Assembly: GCA_965649765.1 (NCBI GenBank)
Contig: OZ287759.1
Span: 1,488,001 to 1,552,000 of the forward strand
Origin: Bispira polyomma
Lineage: Eukaryota
DNA length: 64,000 nt
Direction: 5' to 3'
Shown here: one piece after another, positions 24,971 to 39,308 of the stretch
Position numbering within the stretch: the first letter of the stretch is position 1
How the letters are laid out: each line of letters begins with the position of its first letter
Made by a program: the position numbers and the translations under genes
Notes under the pieces: generated by a model
Told to the model about the DNA's origin: nothing
Database searches by the model: none
What the model saw: only the letters and a program-made list of their open reading frames with translations

Positions 24971-25090
24971 AATGGCCCCACGTGACAACGTTGCAACAAT
25001 ATAGCTTACCAATATACTGCATAATACCTAAAGGGGGTAACCAATGTTATCAAACATTGACATGTTATATATATGGCTGACGTCACTTTA
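24945..25090 (-). promoter_or_regulatory. Candidate Pol II promoter
   Basis: YY1-like CAAAATGGCC (24947-24956), E-box CACGTGAC (24979-24986), GTTGCAAC palindrome, full CRE TGACGTCA (25078-25085) within 140 bp of locally CpG-richer DNA. Confidence 0.55.
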
Positions 25091-25849
25091 AATCAAGCGA
25101 AGTAACCTTAATTAACCATGGATTTTAACTTAAGCAAGTCCTAAGAATTCTAGTTTTATATTGGTAAATTTCACAAACGTTTTTTAATAATGTTATTCTG
25201 ATACTATATAAAAAATAACTGAAACTTAAAATAGCAATTTAGCGTTATATTGGGACTACCTTTTAAAGACCTATATACTATTTAAATTCCTACTTAAACT
25301 AGTATACAATATGGAAACAAATATCAAACTTGTCCAATACTGACACGCGGGGTGAGTTAACTCTACAATAAATACGTCACACACAAAATGTGTCAACGGT
25401 ATGGTTCATTGCTCCACTTTTATATTGTTCAATCTTCAATATCTGCATGTCAAGAGGGCGTTGTGACTATAACAATATAGGACAAAGAATTCTACGTAAT
25501 TATTACCATTTGTGTGTTGATACACTGTATAAAATGCCCAAAGAATTATTAAAACTGGAGTATAAATAAGGACGTTATGCTTTAAGAAAGTATTTGTTAT
25601 TTAACGAACGATCTTAACCTGATTGGTGGGTAGTTTTTAACGTGTAAAAGATGACGTGTAGGCGAGTATAGAAACCCTGCTATTTCAATACAGTTCTCTG
25701 TATGTTACGAGTGCGACCATATAGAAGCAAAATGAAAAAAAAAATAAGTACATGTTTAAACCTTCAAAAAATAACATAAGTACATATTAAATAGAACAGT
25801 AAAACTACAACGATTGGTGTGTATGATTCAATTCTATAACAAAAGATGA

Positions 25850-26130
25850 CAAAGCCTTTAAGACGAGCCCATATTTGTCTTTTAGATCCTGTGGAATGGA
25901 ACCAAATCCCACAGACTGTCAGATCACAGGATACAATTCATTGGTTTCGGAAGCCATCGCAAAACATATGTTTTGTCAGACTGCCACCCATAATTAGTCA
26001 TCGTTTCCTGATGAATTCTTTTTGGTAACAACCTTTTGTTGGGCCCTGGACCTTCCGTTTCTGGAAATCAGTGGCTTAGAGGATGTTCTCATCAATTGGA
26101 CGCTTTATAAATGTTTCAATTATTATAATC
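25850..26130 (+). mobile_element. L2/CR1-group LINE 3' fragment
   Basis: P.EWNQIPQTVRSQDTIHWFRK resembles the L2 ORF2 C-terminus (WNxLP...LR...FK); tail CGCTTTATAAATG then ATT repeats. Confidence 0.55.
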
Positions 26131-26425
26131 TGCTGAAGGAAAGAATTGCAATTAGTGGGGCACATACTTGCCATTGCTCCTTTAGGTATTAATCAATACT
26201 TGTAAATATCATTCCTCTGACGTGTTTCTCCTGCACCCATTTCTCCTGTTTCCCTTTGATTTAATTAAAAGGATTTAGGCATAGTGTATATCATAAAGAT
26301 CTGTCATGCCTCCACTTAAATTACGTCACATCATGGAAAATTACGTCACAACAATCACATGGCATGCATACCTTCACATGTATAATATTAATATCCACCT
26401 GTCAACCATCCTTATAACAGTTTTA

Positions 26426-26610
26426 GGAGGCCGCGGTGGCCTGGTGGTTAGCAAGCATTGCGCTTCACAATCACTGGTCTCTCACCTCTGGGCGGCGTGA
26501 GTTTGAATCCTGTCAATGCCTATGTGGGAAAGGTGGTAGTTCCTTACTGTGGGACGCTGGTTTCAACTACCCGTCCCAATATAACCCAAACAGGTACTAG
26601 AGTGGATGTT
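26426..26610 (+). mobile_element. tRNA-derived SINE with internal deletion (family of 33954-34192)
   Basis: GGCCGCGGTGGCCTGGTGGTTAG A box, GTTTGAATCC B box; body matches the 33954 copy. Confidence 0.85.
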
Positions 26611-27461
26611 TGTGGACAGCTTTGTAATTGTGCAAAAAAAAAAAAAGTTACAGAGATTGATAATAAAGGAAATATAAATATAGATATGACAAACTAAAAG
26701 AGAACAAATTTAGAGATTACAGAAATATTGAAATGGAGATAGCAGAAGTTATTGAAAACTTATTAAGACTAATCCCCCAACTGTTTACTTCCAGCTTATT
26801 TAATATTGATAACATATACACATAACAGGACTAAATAAAACTTTTTAAATGTAAATGTCTTTGTGTACTGTGTCCTTAATAAAGATCCCAAATCAACTAC
26901 ATATCAATAAATAAAGACTAAATATATAACCTTAGAGAAAGACATGCTCATGAAAATTACTTCAAATTCCCATCTGCAATCCGAAAAAAAAGATCTTTCA
27001 CTGATATTCAAAATTTGGCTGCCGAATCTCAGGTTATGTCGTCCAGGTGGGTGCTATTTCTGTATTTAATTTTTTTTTTTGGACGATGGAAACAGATGTC
27101 CGATGATGTCAGAAGAAAAATCGGCCAGGTATATTTTAGAATATACCTGTTTTTTTAAAGGGGCAAATATACTAGTCCGATTTTGCTTCTGAATCTGTCA
27201 TCCGACGTCCGTTTCCGTCATCAGAAATGCTTTTTGTATATTTTAAAAATAGGTTCCCGAATCTGAGGTGACGTCGGCCAGGTGTATTCTACTTTTATAT
27301 TTCTTGATATTTTGATTTTTTTGTCGGATGACTGAAAAAGGACGCCGTGTGACGGATTTGGACGAAAAATCAGCCAGGTCTATTTGCCCCTTTAGTCTGT
27401 ATAAGCTATGGCTGAAGCATAACATAGAGTGTGTGTGTGGGAACACAATCAGAAGAAGAAG

Positions 27462-27494
<33 letters not shown>

Positions 27495-27496
<2 letters not shown>

Positions 27497-30400
27497 ATTG
27501 AATTCCCTGCTAAATCATTTTAGTGATGAATTGTTTGAAGGCTATTTAAACGTCTGGCTTTACAAATTTTGCCCTGTAGTAGGCTCAAATTTGTAAAAAA
27601 ATCTAGTTACTTTGTTATTTTAGTGTGAATTGTACGATCGTACATCGCCTTACATGTGTAGATGCACACATAAGACCTGGCATTATCACCACCATCTCAA
27701 ACAGTGCTGTGTTTTTAGCACAAATAAGTTGTCACGTGTTTAGAGTGGATTTGCTCCTAATTGCCACATGTTCACATTTTACTTCTACTTATGGCTATCT
27801 TGTGTTATAGCAATGTGAGCTGAAAATCAACAAGGTGAGAGGCTATGAAACTCCTGGGAAGATGAAATTTATCAACATTTCAACTATTTTACTCATTTAG
27901 TCCATATAACTAACCAAGAAAACATATTATCGGTTCTACAATAACTCTAACCAATTTTGTGTTCAGAAAATATAAGTATGTAAGAATCAAAATTAGTTAT
28001 TATTTAAAAAGGATGCTTAAGTGAACACGAGGCCTGTGTATCAGTTATATTAAGGTGACCTTATATTTAAGGTAGGTGAGATGATAATTAAAAAGGATAT
28101 ACTAACATGGAGCAAGCAGCCTTTACCGCCCTCCACCCATAATTGGATATCACATCCCCAATTGCTCATTACTCACTGGCCATTCTGGCCATAATTGAAA
28201 CAAAAGCCATAGATAGGATTTTCTGGCTGCTAAGCGTCGGCCATAAAGCTTTTCTTCTCCCCTTATAAACAATACGCAAGGTGGTAATTTTATGGGCCCG
28301 TTAGGTGGGATCTAAGATATTATCTATAATGGGGCATATTTGAGGGGGTGGAGAATTACTAGTGTGTGTGATTTGCTTTTGATATCAGAAATCACATCCT
28401 AAGGGCTGTAACTTCAAAGCCCCCAAATTTTCTCTTTTTATGTGCCAATTTGGCACTGCAATTTCCATGAGGCTCAAGATCTTTTTACACTTGTTCCTAT
28501 TACACTCTCCGAAGCTTTTTTTTCTTCTATTCAATTTAACGACATCATTTTTTTACTCAAAGGTAAAATCTTTCAGTTATGTTCCTAATTTAAATTTGAG
28601 AGTTTGATGTAGAACAACAATTCCAATTACCAAGTCAACAATACTGTCCCAAGAGCCATAACTTTCTGCTGCGAACAATTTAAGGACCTGATAACCGCCC
28701 CCTACCTCTCACATCATGGGTTTAAATCTCGACCCCAGAGGTTTTCAGTTGGCTTGCTGAAAACTGGTTGTTTTTGTCTTGACACAAGACTTGTTGAAAG
28801 TGCCAATAAAGTCTGGGACTCTTAGTGCTGTGAGATACATAGATAGATTTTATTTCAGGCCCAGAGCTCATATTAAAATATATCTTGCATAAGATAAAAC
28901 AGTACCACACAAAAACATAATAAGTATGTACACAAGTACAAAGGTTCTGTATGAAAAGGCTTCAAAATATATGACATACAAGATAAAAACATCAGATAAA
29001 AATATATCAGCTTGATGTATACTAAGCTTTTTGCGAGGATTTACCTATTGTGCCACTTTTCAAATAAAAATTATCTTACAAAGCCTTCACAATATTGTTA
29101 CTGGATGTTTCTATGCACACTTTGAGATTGTATGTGATTTTTCTCTGAATAACACTAATTAAAGCAATCTATATTATTGTTCACAAACATATGGCAGGCA
29201 CTGTCTGAACAACATTGTTGTACGCCACTCATATTTTGTTAAAAGTTGCTATGTTGTAGCTTGTCCATAGAGGACAGCAATAAAAAACTAGTACAATAAG
29301 CCTGGATCACTGTTTTCACGAGCATAAATCCCCCTAGTTTGTCTCATTATTTCCTCATCATCTTGAAAACTGTAAGTTAGAATAACTCCTACATATTTTA
29401 CAGATGATACATTTAACAGGGGTGTATCAGCAAGAGACACTGTAGGGCAATTTAATTTCTACCTTTTAGGTTTAAACATTACACAATGAGATATTTTGGC
29501 ATTTAAACCATAGTCATAAGACTGGTTCATAATTAGCTGCAAGGCCATGGCTGTAGGTGCTAAAACACACACATAATCTGCATAGAATGATTGACAAAGG
29601 TAGTAACATTGCAACCGATGCTTGATTTAGTTAATGCTATAGACAGATCATCTAGCTAAATAGCAGACAACTTTGGGGATAAAATCCCACCTTGCCTTAC
29701 ACCATTGGATGTATACAACTGTTAGACACACGAGTACCCCATCTGACACATAACAGTTGATTTCTATACCAGTAAGCAATGACTCGTACAAGTAAGAGTT
29801 GTATCTTACATTTAAATAGTTTACTAAACAATGTCCAATGATTGACACGATTAAAGGCCTTAGAGGCGTCTAAAAACAAGTGAAACAGGGCTATCTAATC
29901 TTCTGTAATAGTCAATAGTATTTTTAATTGCGTAAATACACAAGTCAGAGGCATGGATGCTCTTAAAGCCAAATTGGTTGTCAGTTGTCTACAGATACAT
30001 TTCTATACTGTCTAACAGGAACAACTCAAACAGCTTGGAACAATCAGTAACCAGTGTAATGGGGCGATAATTTTTTTCATCATGCATGTCGCCATATTTG
30101 TTTATTACAATTGGTACTGACACAGTTTTCCTAAAATCATCAGGGATAAAACCATGGGTACTGATCGATGAAAATAGCACGGACAAATAGATACAGATGC
30201 ATGTTTAAAAAGTTCAGCACCATGTTTTAGACTCTTTTAGAGTTTTAATCATAGCAGGGGATACAGAGATGTTTTCCTCATTTATCTGATTAAGTTGGTT
30301 CACGACATGAGATTTACATGGACTAGTAGTAACACAGTTTAGCAGAGCTTTATACTGTTTATTCCACATTATCAAGATATTATTAGATCCACAGGCACCA

Positions 30401-31088
30401 TTTACTTTTTCCAGAAGTGGACTATTTAACTTTAAGTTATGTGATAATTTGAGCTCTGAGCATTTCCAGAAACACTTCATGTAAGGACACCAATCGCACC
30501 TCTAGGGTTATAGACTGAATCGTAGCATTCAAATGGAAAATTTGGCAGTAGACTTGCTGCTGGGTGTTGATTTACAGTACAGAGATACTGGACTGACTTG
30601 TTCTAGCATATTTAACCAGTAGAGGGGGCCTCGGTAGTGTAGTCTTCATTTTTTGGTCTTTCATATGATACCATTTGAGTCTAAGTATAGTTAATATGTG
30701 CATAATACTACTGTTGCTGAACTTTAAAAATACTGACCCTTGCTGAGTACACAGTAAACATCTCAAATGGTTTATATATTTCTATAAAATGAACTAATGA
30801 AATAATGTTCCAAATAAAAGCTTTTTTAATGCTGTAAACTGTATGCATCATTTATTCATTGAGTTTACTTATGTTGAACGATAATCAACAGGCACATAAA
30901 ACATCTGAAATAGGGTCATTAGTATGGTAATGCATGTACCTAATCATCACTTTCAGAGTTATCACAGTAAACAGCCATGTTTTGCAAGATTTACAAGCCT
31001 CTGTCCATATTTAACTATTTGATTTATACTGGCAAATGTCACTTCTTCGGCAACCAAACTTTTTACATTTGCATGCAGTAAGCTCCAA
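27495..31088 (+). repeat. Segmental duplication, copy 1 (paralog 32165-36810)
   Basis: Co-linear similarity from ATTGAATTCCCTGCTAAATC to GCATGCAGTAAGCTCCA. Confidence 0.9.
28890..30480 (-). mobile_element. Decayed non-LTR retrotransposon RT region (RTE-X-like)
   Basis: NYRPITLVTDCSKLFELFLL, NQFGFK, FLDASKAFNRVNHWTLFSKL, YAD motifs in broken ORFs 30214-30480, 29989-30186, 29697-29879; clade call tentative. Confidence 0.85.
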
Positions 31089-33953
31089 GATGGCAGTTGG
31101 AGCAGGTTCGTTGGACATTAAGAGGGGTGAATGAGTTCCATCCGAGAGATAGCAGACAGGTCCATTTGGTGATAGAAGATTTGGCATCGCAACCAGACAT
31201 TGTGTTTATGCATAAAATGTGTTCACTTGTACTGTCTTTAATTGCATCTAGCTTGTGATGTGAATAATTCTTGTACATTCATTTCAAGTCAACTAATCAG
31301 CCCAAACTAGATATCCTAAGCTAAAGATACTAATATTAAGTTTAAAATAATTGGCTTCTAGTGAAGTAGTTAATGTAAATTGAAGAAAATAATACACAAA
31401 ATGAAAATAAAATCACTTCATTGTATTGGTTCCTAAACACCAAACATGTCTGTAAAATAAATAGCCAAGGTTGGGAGAGAGCTTGTTTATTTACACTACT
31501 ATTTTAACACTAAATTGAAAAAAGTTAACATCACAGATCGAACTATCCATTTTCATTTCTGGTACATGGTATTTCCATTATCAGTTTTGTTTATTTATGG
31601 CCTCTGAGTTGCTTAACTGGGAAATACAACATCAATCACAATCAAGCAAGTTCTAATGAAATAAAAAAGAATTGAATAAATGACACTCAAAATACGCTTT
31701 CAGACATTGATGCAGAATGGATTTGCACAAATTTTACAAACTCTCGAAACCCCAGGTCATAACATACCACACCTACAACCAAAAAGAGGTCGGTACCTTC
31801 AGTTATATATTTGGGGACTGGACAACAGCTATGTCATAACACTCCTTATATTTGTGGAAGATTCATTTTTGTTGGAAAGTCAACTAACTACATTTCTCAG
31901 CTGTATTGTCACCTGAACTGTAAGCACTTACTTCTGGCTGCACCAGGAACTTCAATATTTCTGCCTAGAAATTGACACTTTCTGTGAACTGTTTGGAACA
32001 AAAGTAAGAACTTTGTAGCCAATACAGTTGCAGAAAATATCTTATACAAATATACAGTATAAGGAAAAATACCACTGGTGATTAATTTACTAAATAGAAA
32101 TTTGCGGTTAAATAAATCTATATGAATCAAGGAAATGACAATTATTTAATGTAACATATATATAAATATTGAATTCTCTGCTAAATCGTTTTAGTGGTGA
32201 TTTGCTCAAACCCTATATAATCATCTACTTTTACCAATTCAATCTGGTAGTAATTTCAGCTGAGAATTAACAAGGTGAGAGGCTATGGAACTCCTGGGGA
32301 GATGCTATTGATCAACATTTCAGTTTTAACCCTTTTACTCATTTATTTTTATAGAACAATCAAAAGTGACATATTATTAATTATACAATAACTTAAACCA
32401 ATTTTGTGTTCAGAAAGTATAAGTATGTAATAATAATTATTGGTTATTATTTAAAAAGGATGCTCAAGTGAACACGAGGCCTGTGTATCAGTTTTATTAA
32501 GGTGACCTTATACCTAAGATAAATAAGGTGATAATAAAAAGAGGGTGTAATAATTTGGAGCAAGCAGCCTTTACCGGCCTCCACCCATAATTGGACATCA
32601 CATCCCCGATTGCTCATTAGTCAGTGGCCATGCTGGCCAAAATTGAAAGCAAAGCCACAGATAGAATTTTCTGGCTGCTTAGCGTTGACCATAAAGCTTT
32701 TCCTCTCCCCCTTATAAACAATGGTGCTAGGTGGTAATTTATGGGCCTGTTAGGTGGGATCTAAGACATTATCTATAACGGGGCATACTTGAGGGGATGG
32801 AGAAGGTACTAATGTGTGTGATTTGCTTTTGATATCAGAAATCACATTCTAAAGGCTGTAGCTTCAAAGCCCCCATTTCTTTTCCTCTGATGTGCCAATT
32901 TGGTACTGCAATTTCCATGAGGCTGAAGATATTTTTACACTTGGTTCCAATTACACTATCTGTAGCTTTCTGTTCTTCTATTTAATTTAACATCATCATT
33001 TTTGTAATCAAAGATAAAATCTTTCCGTTATGTTCCTCATTTAGTTTTGAGAGTTTAATGTAGTACAACAATTCCAATTACCAAGTTAACAATACTGTTG
33101 CAAGAGCCATAACTTTCTGCTGCGAACAATTTAAAACAGATAAAACAGTATGACACAAAACATAATAAGTGTGTACACAATTACAAAGGTTCTGTATGAA
33201 ATGGCTTCAAAATATATGACATACAAGATAAAAACATTTCAGATAAATATATATCAGATTGATGTATACTAAGCTTTTTGCCAGGATTTACTTATTGTGC
33301 CACTTTTCAAAGAAAATTATCGCACAAAACCTTCACAATATTGTTGCTGGATGTTCCTTTGCACACTTGGTGACTGTATATGCTTTTTCTCCGAATAACA
33401 CTTAATCAATCTACATCATTGTTCAAAAACATATGACAGACACTGTCTCTGTATCCATATCCCAGTAACCTCCGAACAACATTGTTGTACGCCACTCATA
33501 TTTTGTTAAAAGTTATTATGTTGTAGATTGTCCACAGAGGACAGCAATAACACCTAGTACAATAAGCCTGCGGTAATTTAACTTTGCCATGGGTGAAGCA
33601 CTGTTTCCACGAGCATGAATCCCCCTAGTTTGTCCCATTATTTCCTTATAATAGATATTTTACAGATAATATATTAAATCCGGGTGTATCAGCAAAAGAC
33701 AGTGTAGGGCAATTTAATTTGTACCTTGGTGTATATCTGTAGGTGCTAAAAGACAGAGATTATCTTTATAGAAGAGATGATAAACACAAGTAGTGACATG
33801 GCAACTAAGTTAGTTAATGCAGATCATCTGGTTCAATAGCAAATAACTTAAGGGATAGAATCTCACCTTGCCTTACACCATTGGATGTACTAAAACTATT
33901 AGACACATAAGTACCCCAGCTGATACAAAACAGTAGGTTTCTTTTCCAGTAAA

Positions 33954-34192
33954 GGGCCGCGGTGGCCTAGTGGTTAGCAAGCATTGCACTTCCCAATCAC
34001 TGGTCTCTGACCTCTAGGATTTACGATGCCCATGTGGGAAAGGTTGTAGTTCCTTACTGTGGGCCGCTGGTTTCAGTGCAAAACCTTGATCAACTGTATG
34101 CAGTGTTACCTCTAGCGATTCCAACTACCCGTCTCAATATAACCTAAACAGGTACTAGAGTGGAAGTTAAATATCCCAATTCAAAATTCAAA
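33954..34192 (+). mobile_element. Near full-length tRNA-derived SINE with TSD
   Basis: GGGCCGCGGTGGCCTAGTGGTTAG head, TTCAAA tail repeats; 14-bp TSD TTCTTT(T/A)CCAGTAA; empty site in the paralog at ~29762-29776. Confidence 0.9.
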
Positions 34193-35339
34193 TTCTTTAC
34201 CAGTAAGCAATGACTCGTACAAGTGAGAGTGGTATCTTACATCTGATTAAAAAAATGAAACTATTTAATTTTCTGTAATAGTCAATGGTGTTTTTAATTG
34301 TTTAAATACACATGTCAGTGGCATGGTTGCTCTTGAAGCCAAATTTGTTGTCAGTTGTCTGCAGATACGTGTCTATATTGTCTAACAGGAACAACCCAAA
34401 CAGTTTAGAACAAGCAGTAACAAATGCAATGGGGCCATAATCATTTTCAGCATGCATGTCACCAGATTTTTTTTTTTTTTACAATTGGTACTCAGCTTTC
34501 ATAAAATTATCAGGAATAAAACCATGGTTAATGATACATGAAAATAACGTGAACAAATTGATACAAATGCATATTTCAGCACTTATTCCATCATGAGGAC
34601 TAGATTTATCAACTTTTAAATTGTATATATATATACAATGATTTTTTTTTGTTTAATATATATATATAAATGATAATGATTTTGTATTGTCTGTTAAACA
34701 AAAAAAAAAAATCAATTAAAAAGAAAGAGAAAAGTTATCGACTTCCAATGGTGTTTTTATCACATCAGGGGATACATAGATATTTTCCTAATCTATCTGA
34801 TTAAGTTGGTTCACAACATAAGATTTACATGCATTAGTAGTAACACAGTTTAGCAGAGCTTTATAATGTTTCTTCCACATTATCACAATATTACTAGATC
34901 CACAGGCACCATTTACTTTTACCAACAGTGGAGTATTTAACTTTAGGTTCTGTTATACTCTGAGCTCTGTGACATGCATCCCCAGAAAGACTTCAAGTAA
35001 GAACAACACTCGCACCTCTAGGGTCATTGTGGCATTCAAATGGAAAAGTTGGCAGTATATTTCCTGCTGGGTGTTGGTTTACAGTACAGAGATACTGGAC
35101 TGACTTGTTCTAGCATATTTAACCAGTAGAGAGGGCCTCGGTAGTGTAGTCATACCTATCTGCATCCCATCTTCCAACCCTGCTCTGAGTCCCTAAACTC
35201 TGTACCATGCTGTCACACAGGTGACATTATAAACACACCAATCCAATTTAAGTTATACCGGTGTGGTGCAGCGATAACACTTTAACACCTTCAGTTTTAG
35301 TTTCAGTTTCGAATCTCGGATTGCATGTTGGAAACCTTG

Positions 35340-35640
35340 CAGTAGAATCAAATTGTTCTGGAAATTACAGAGGTATAATACTTAGCAGCATAGTTGGAAA
35401 ATTGTTTGATACAATATTACTGATGCAAACATAACACATTTTTACAACTAGTGATCTTCAAACCAAAATATTTGACACATGAATTCACCTTTGTGATGAA
35501 TGTAGTTGTACAGTATTATGTAAATAATGGATCCAATTAGTACATAATACTCACTGACTGTAGTAAGGCATTTGACAGAGTGAATTATATTAAGATTTTT
35601 TCTTTGTTGACCAAATACTTCTAGTTAACTTATATACTAC
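35340..35640 (+). mobile_element. Non-LTR retrotransposon RT fragment
   Basis: SGNYRGIILSSIVGKLFDTILL and LTDCSKAFDRVNY motifs. Confidence 0.8.
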
Positions 35641-38600
35641 GCATGTAAAAGTGTGTAATGGGGTATTTTTGTAAGAGCTCAACCTTACGCTAACCACCTA
35701 GGAAGTTTAACTGGTCCAAAATTAAATGATTATGGCGTTTCTTATATTACTGATAAATTTCGTTTTGCATGCAATGCACTATGAACGCCTTCTTCAATGT
35801 GCCATGTTCTGTAAAGTACAAACTGTTCACAACATATTGCATGCCATTGTATTAATTATTAGACCGAGATTTGTTCAGTTATCATTGAATAGCTATGACT
35901 GTACAACATTTGAAAACGTTGCATAAGGTATCACAAAGTGAGTATTCCTGGTGTGTATGTCTCCTGACGTTATATGTCACCACAAAATAGTCTACATTTT
36001 GTCCTCTGCCTTGATTATTTAAAACTGTTTCAACTAATTGTTTCACCAAAGTGGCAGTGAGTAGCATGAAGCAGCAGTACGTAGCTCTACTTAGTAGTAG
36101 GTATTGATAAAGTAGCTGTTTTTTTTTATATATTAATCTGGTGCCAGATTTGTTACAAAAAAATCTGACACGCACAATAAACTTAAGTATTCTTACTACT
36201 AAGTGGCAGTACATTTTAAATTCTGTGTTAAACATAACTAACGCTACAGGAATTTTCTGGACATTACTGAACGAGCCTTTAAATAAACAGCACAGTGCAG
36301 AAATCCTGGACAACTGACCAGTACTAGCTTCTTTGACAAAAAACTACATGTTTTGATATAATGCAATAATGCTTCTGTTAATACTTTTTGTCTTATTCTC
36401 AGTATTTTTAAAAATATGTTGACATTCATACACCAAATTAATCTTTATTTTTTTTCTCTCTTGCCTGATACCATTTGAGTCCAAGTCTAGTTAATGTCTG
36501 CATAATACAACTATTGTTAAACATGTTCCAAACAAAGCTTTTGTTTATGCTGTACACTGTATGCATCATTCATTCATGTTTACCTATTGTGAAAGCTAAT
36601 CATCAGACACATAAAACATGTGAAATAGGGTTATTTGTTTGGTAATGCATGTACTTAATCATCAATTTCAGAGTTATCACAGTAAACTTAAATGTTTTCG
36701 CAGGATTTACTGGCAATGGAAAAAAGCCTTGTTGCATATTTAACTGTTTAATTTACAAATATCACTTCTTCTGCAACCAAATTCTTAACATTTTGCATGC
36801 AGTAAGCTCCAGTAAGCTAAAAAGGTATAATTTGTAAAGACCTTGTGTCCCAACTGTTGTTCTCTGTTTTACGTCTGCATGAGTTCTGGGGATGTTTGGC
36901 GTAATGATCCAGAACGAGTAATGGGTTCATAAAAATATGCCTAATTTGTGCTTCCTTAGGAATCTCAACAAGCTTGGTCGTTCACAGGATGTTTACTAGG
37001 GACTGGACTGAGATATTCGATATCTGTGATTATTTTAACTTAATGCTTTTTATTTGGACAAAGCGATGCATGAAGTAACTTTGGGGTTAAAATCTGTGGT
37101 GGGCAATAACTGAGGTTACAGATACATTTCACAACACAGATACTACAACATTAACTATCTTTACAAAAAAATTGTAGCTAAGTTCTAAGTTTCATAATTT
37201 TTCATCAATCTTGTATACTTTCCATAATATTCTTCAAGCAGTTAAAGAATTGAATAGAATCTGAGATTTTTGTCCTACGTCTGAACAATCTAAATAACAC
37301 TGTAACTAAAGTAATAAGTTTTTGGAAAATTCCTTGACTTATTGTAATTCAATGTATTAATGTTAAAGATATATTAGAGTAATGAACTATTTCAATAAAC
37401 TTGATGTTTTTTTGCCATGTATTTTTTTTCTCTGTGTTTTGTGTTTTGTATTTTGTCAGTATTGTTACATATGAAATATCCTGTAGACGTTTTGTTTTGG
37501 TAACAGCTGCTTTACGATTTAACAGGAAGTAGAGCTAGATTGTAAACAGATGACAACATGCTGTGACAACAAAGACAAGTTGTAATTGACTTCTGTGGTT
37601 GCATCTTTCTTTAAAATTTAATGATAATATTACTATTACATTATCTATTCTTGGGGCTATGCTGGGAGAAACATGGCCAAAGAATCACTCCTTTTTGTAA
37701 GATCATTAACTACTATAAGTCAGTGTAGGTATTCTTACATAAATAATAGCATTATAAATTATAATTAATCCAAGGTATACATTTTACTATCATGTAAAAG
37801 GCAAAATTAAAACGCAAATCTTTGTAGCCCAAAAGGAGTGAATAAATTCTTGGTTCTCGTATTCACTCTAAGCTTGAATAAATTTCAATGGCATGTAATC
37901 AGTTCAGTAGTTTTAGTATAATCCGAGGAATGACAACTGGAATGGGATAATAACGTAACTTCCTTGGTGGAGGTAAACAATTCGCTAGCATTCACAGAAG
38001 GCAGTGTATTTAATCTATCCCATATCCTCTAGTAATCTGATGCATACTATTCACCCAGGGTTTGCGATTAACCTTGCTTTCAACATGTCTTATGTCAAAT
38101 TACAACCAGACTTTGAGCAGGTATATTGCCAACTTTCCCTCATGTCCGAGATTTGAACCTGTGGCAGCAGGGGTGGGTGGTGAATATGCTTCACACACAC
38201 CATCGCCCCTCACTTTCATGTAGTAAATCCAGTATCTTTGTGTAATACTGGTGATTAACCTAAAATGGGTCTGCTGTTTATGTCCAGTCCCCAAGTGTCA
38301 AATGACAAGTTCAAAGGTCAATTGTCCAAAGGTCAAGTTGCAGTTGTCAGATTGATAGTTTCAGTAAGATATAAAGAAGGCAGTAAAAGATTCTGTTTGA
38401 GGCATTATTATTTACATATTAGTGTCTTATACATATACAGTTAGGTCGGTATAGAATGCTTTAAAAAATTTAAATATGTAAATTTTACAGCCCCAAAAAG
38501 GATAATCCAACAATATTAATGACAGCTTATGTCAAACAATAATACACAATGTATCACAAGTAACATATATAGCCATTATTCTTGGCCATTAGAGACACAT

Positions 38601-39308
38601 ATGTATCGTATTACATATCATAATATTAGGACTAGCCATTCAAACAATTTAAAAGTAACTTCACGTAAGTAACTGTTTAACAACATAGAATAAAATTAAG
38701 AAACTATTAGCCAAGTACATTAGTTGCAAAATACAAGTTTGACATTTGTCATCGTACATCGGTTCACACTTTATGACTACTTTGAAATTCGTGCTCATGT
38801 ACACTGTCTCCTAATTGAGGCATAAACCCCAGACTTTAATGCCCTTGTTTCCTTACTAGGTGGCCATAAGCAACCATAAACTGCCACTTTCTTAAGTGAT
38901 CTTGAAATATGTGTTATACGTTCCCAAATTTTGTTATATTAAAGCATTTCTTGCCTGTACCAATCTTAAATAATTCAAGCTGTAATTCTGGGCAACTAGT
39001 AAAAACATGCTGTAATACTTAAATTTTGTAATCACTTAGGCAAAGGGGCGGAAGTAGGAAATAAAATATATGTGCTTCAAAAAAGAAATGCAATATGGAA
39101 GCCTAAAATAGTGGGAACTTAGGAAGATAGCTTGAAATCTGAGTCGCTGTTATGTGGATTAACCGAAAGTGAAAATTAGAGTAATTTAGCCAAATTAAAA
39201 TTTAAGGTGAGACAGAAATAATGTGTTGTGGACTGATGTAGCAGTTATGTAGGTATAGAATGCCTAAAATTTTTAAAAATATGTAAAATTTTACAGCCCC
39301 AAGCCAAA

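Larger units (their letters stand above)
32165..36810 (+). repeat. Segmental duplication, copy 2 (includes second copy of the LINE at ~33135-35000)
   Basis: Co-linear with 27495-31088, plus extra insertions at 33954-34192 and ~35152-36440. Confidence 0.9.

Noticed and set aside
31680-31990. Possible plus-strand coding exon after a TTTCAG acceptor
   Set aside because: No recognisable motif, no frame open across the segment, no partner exons
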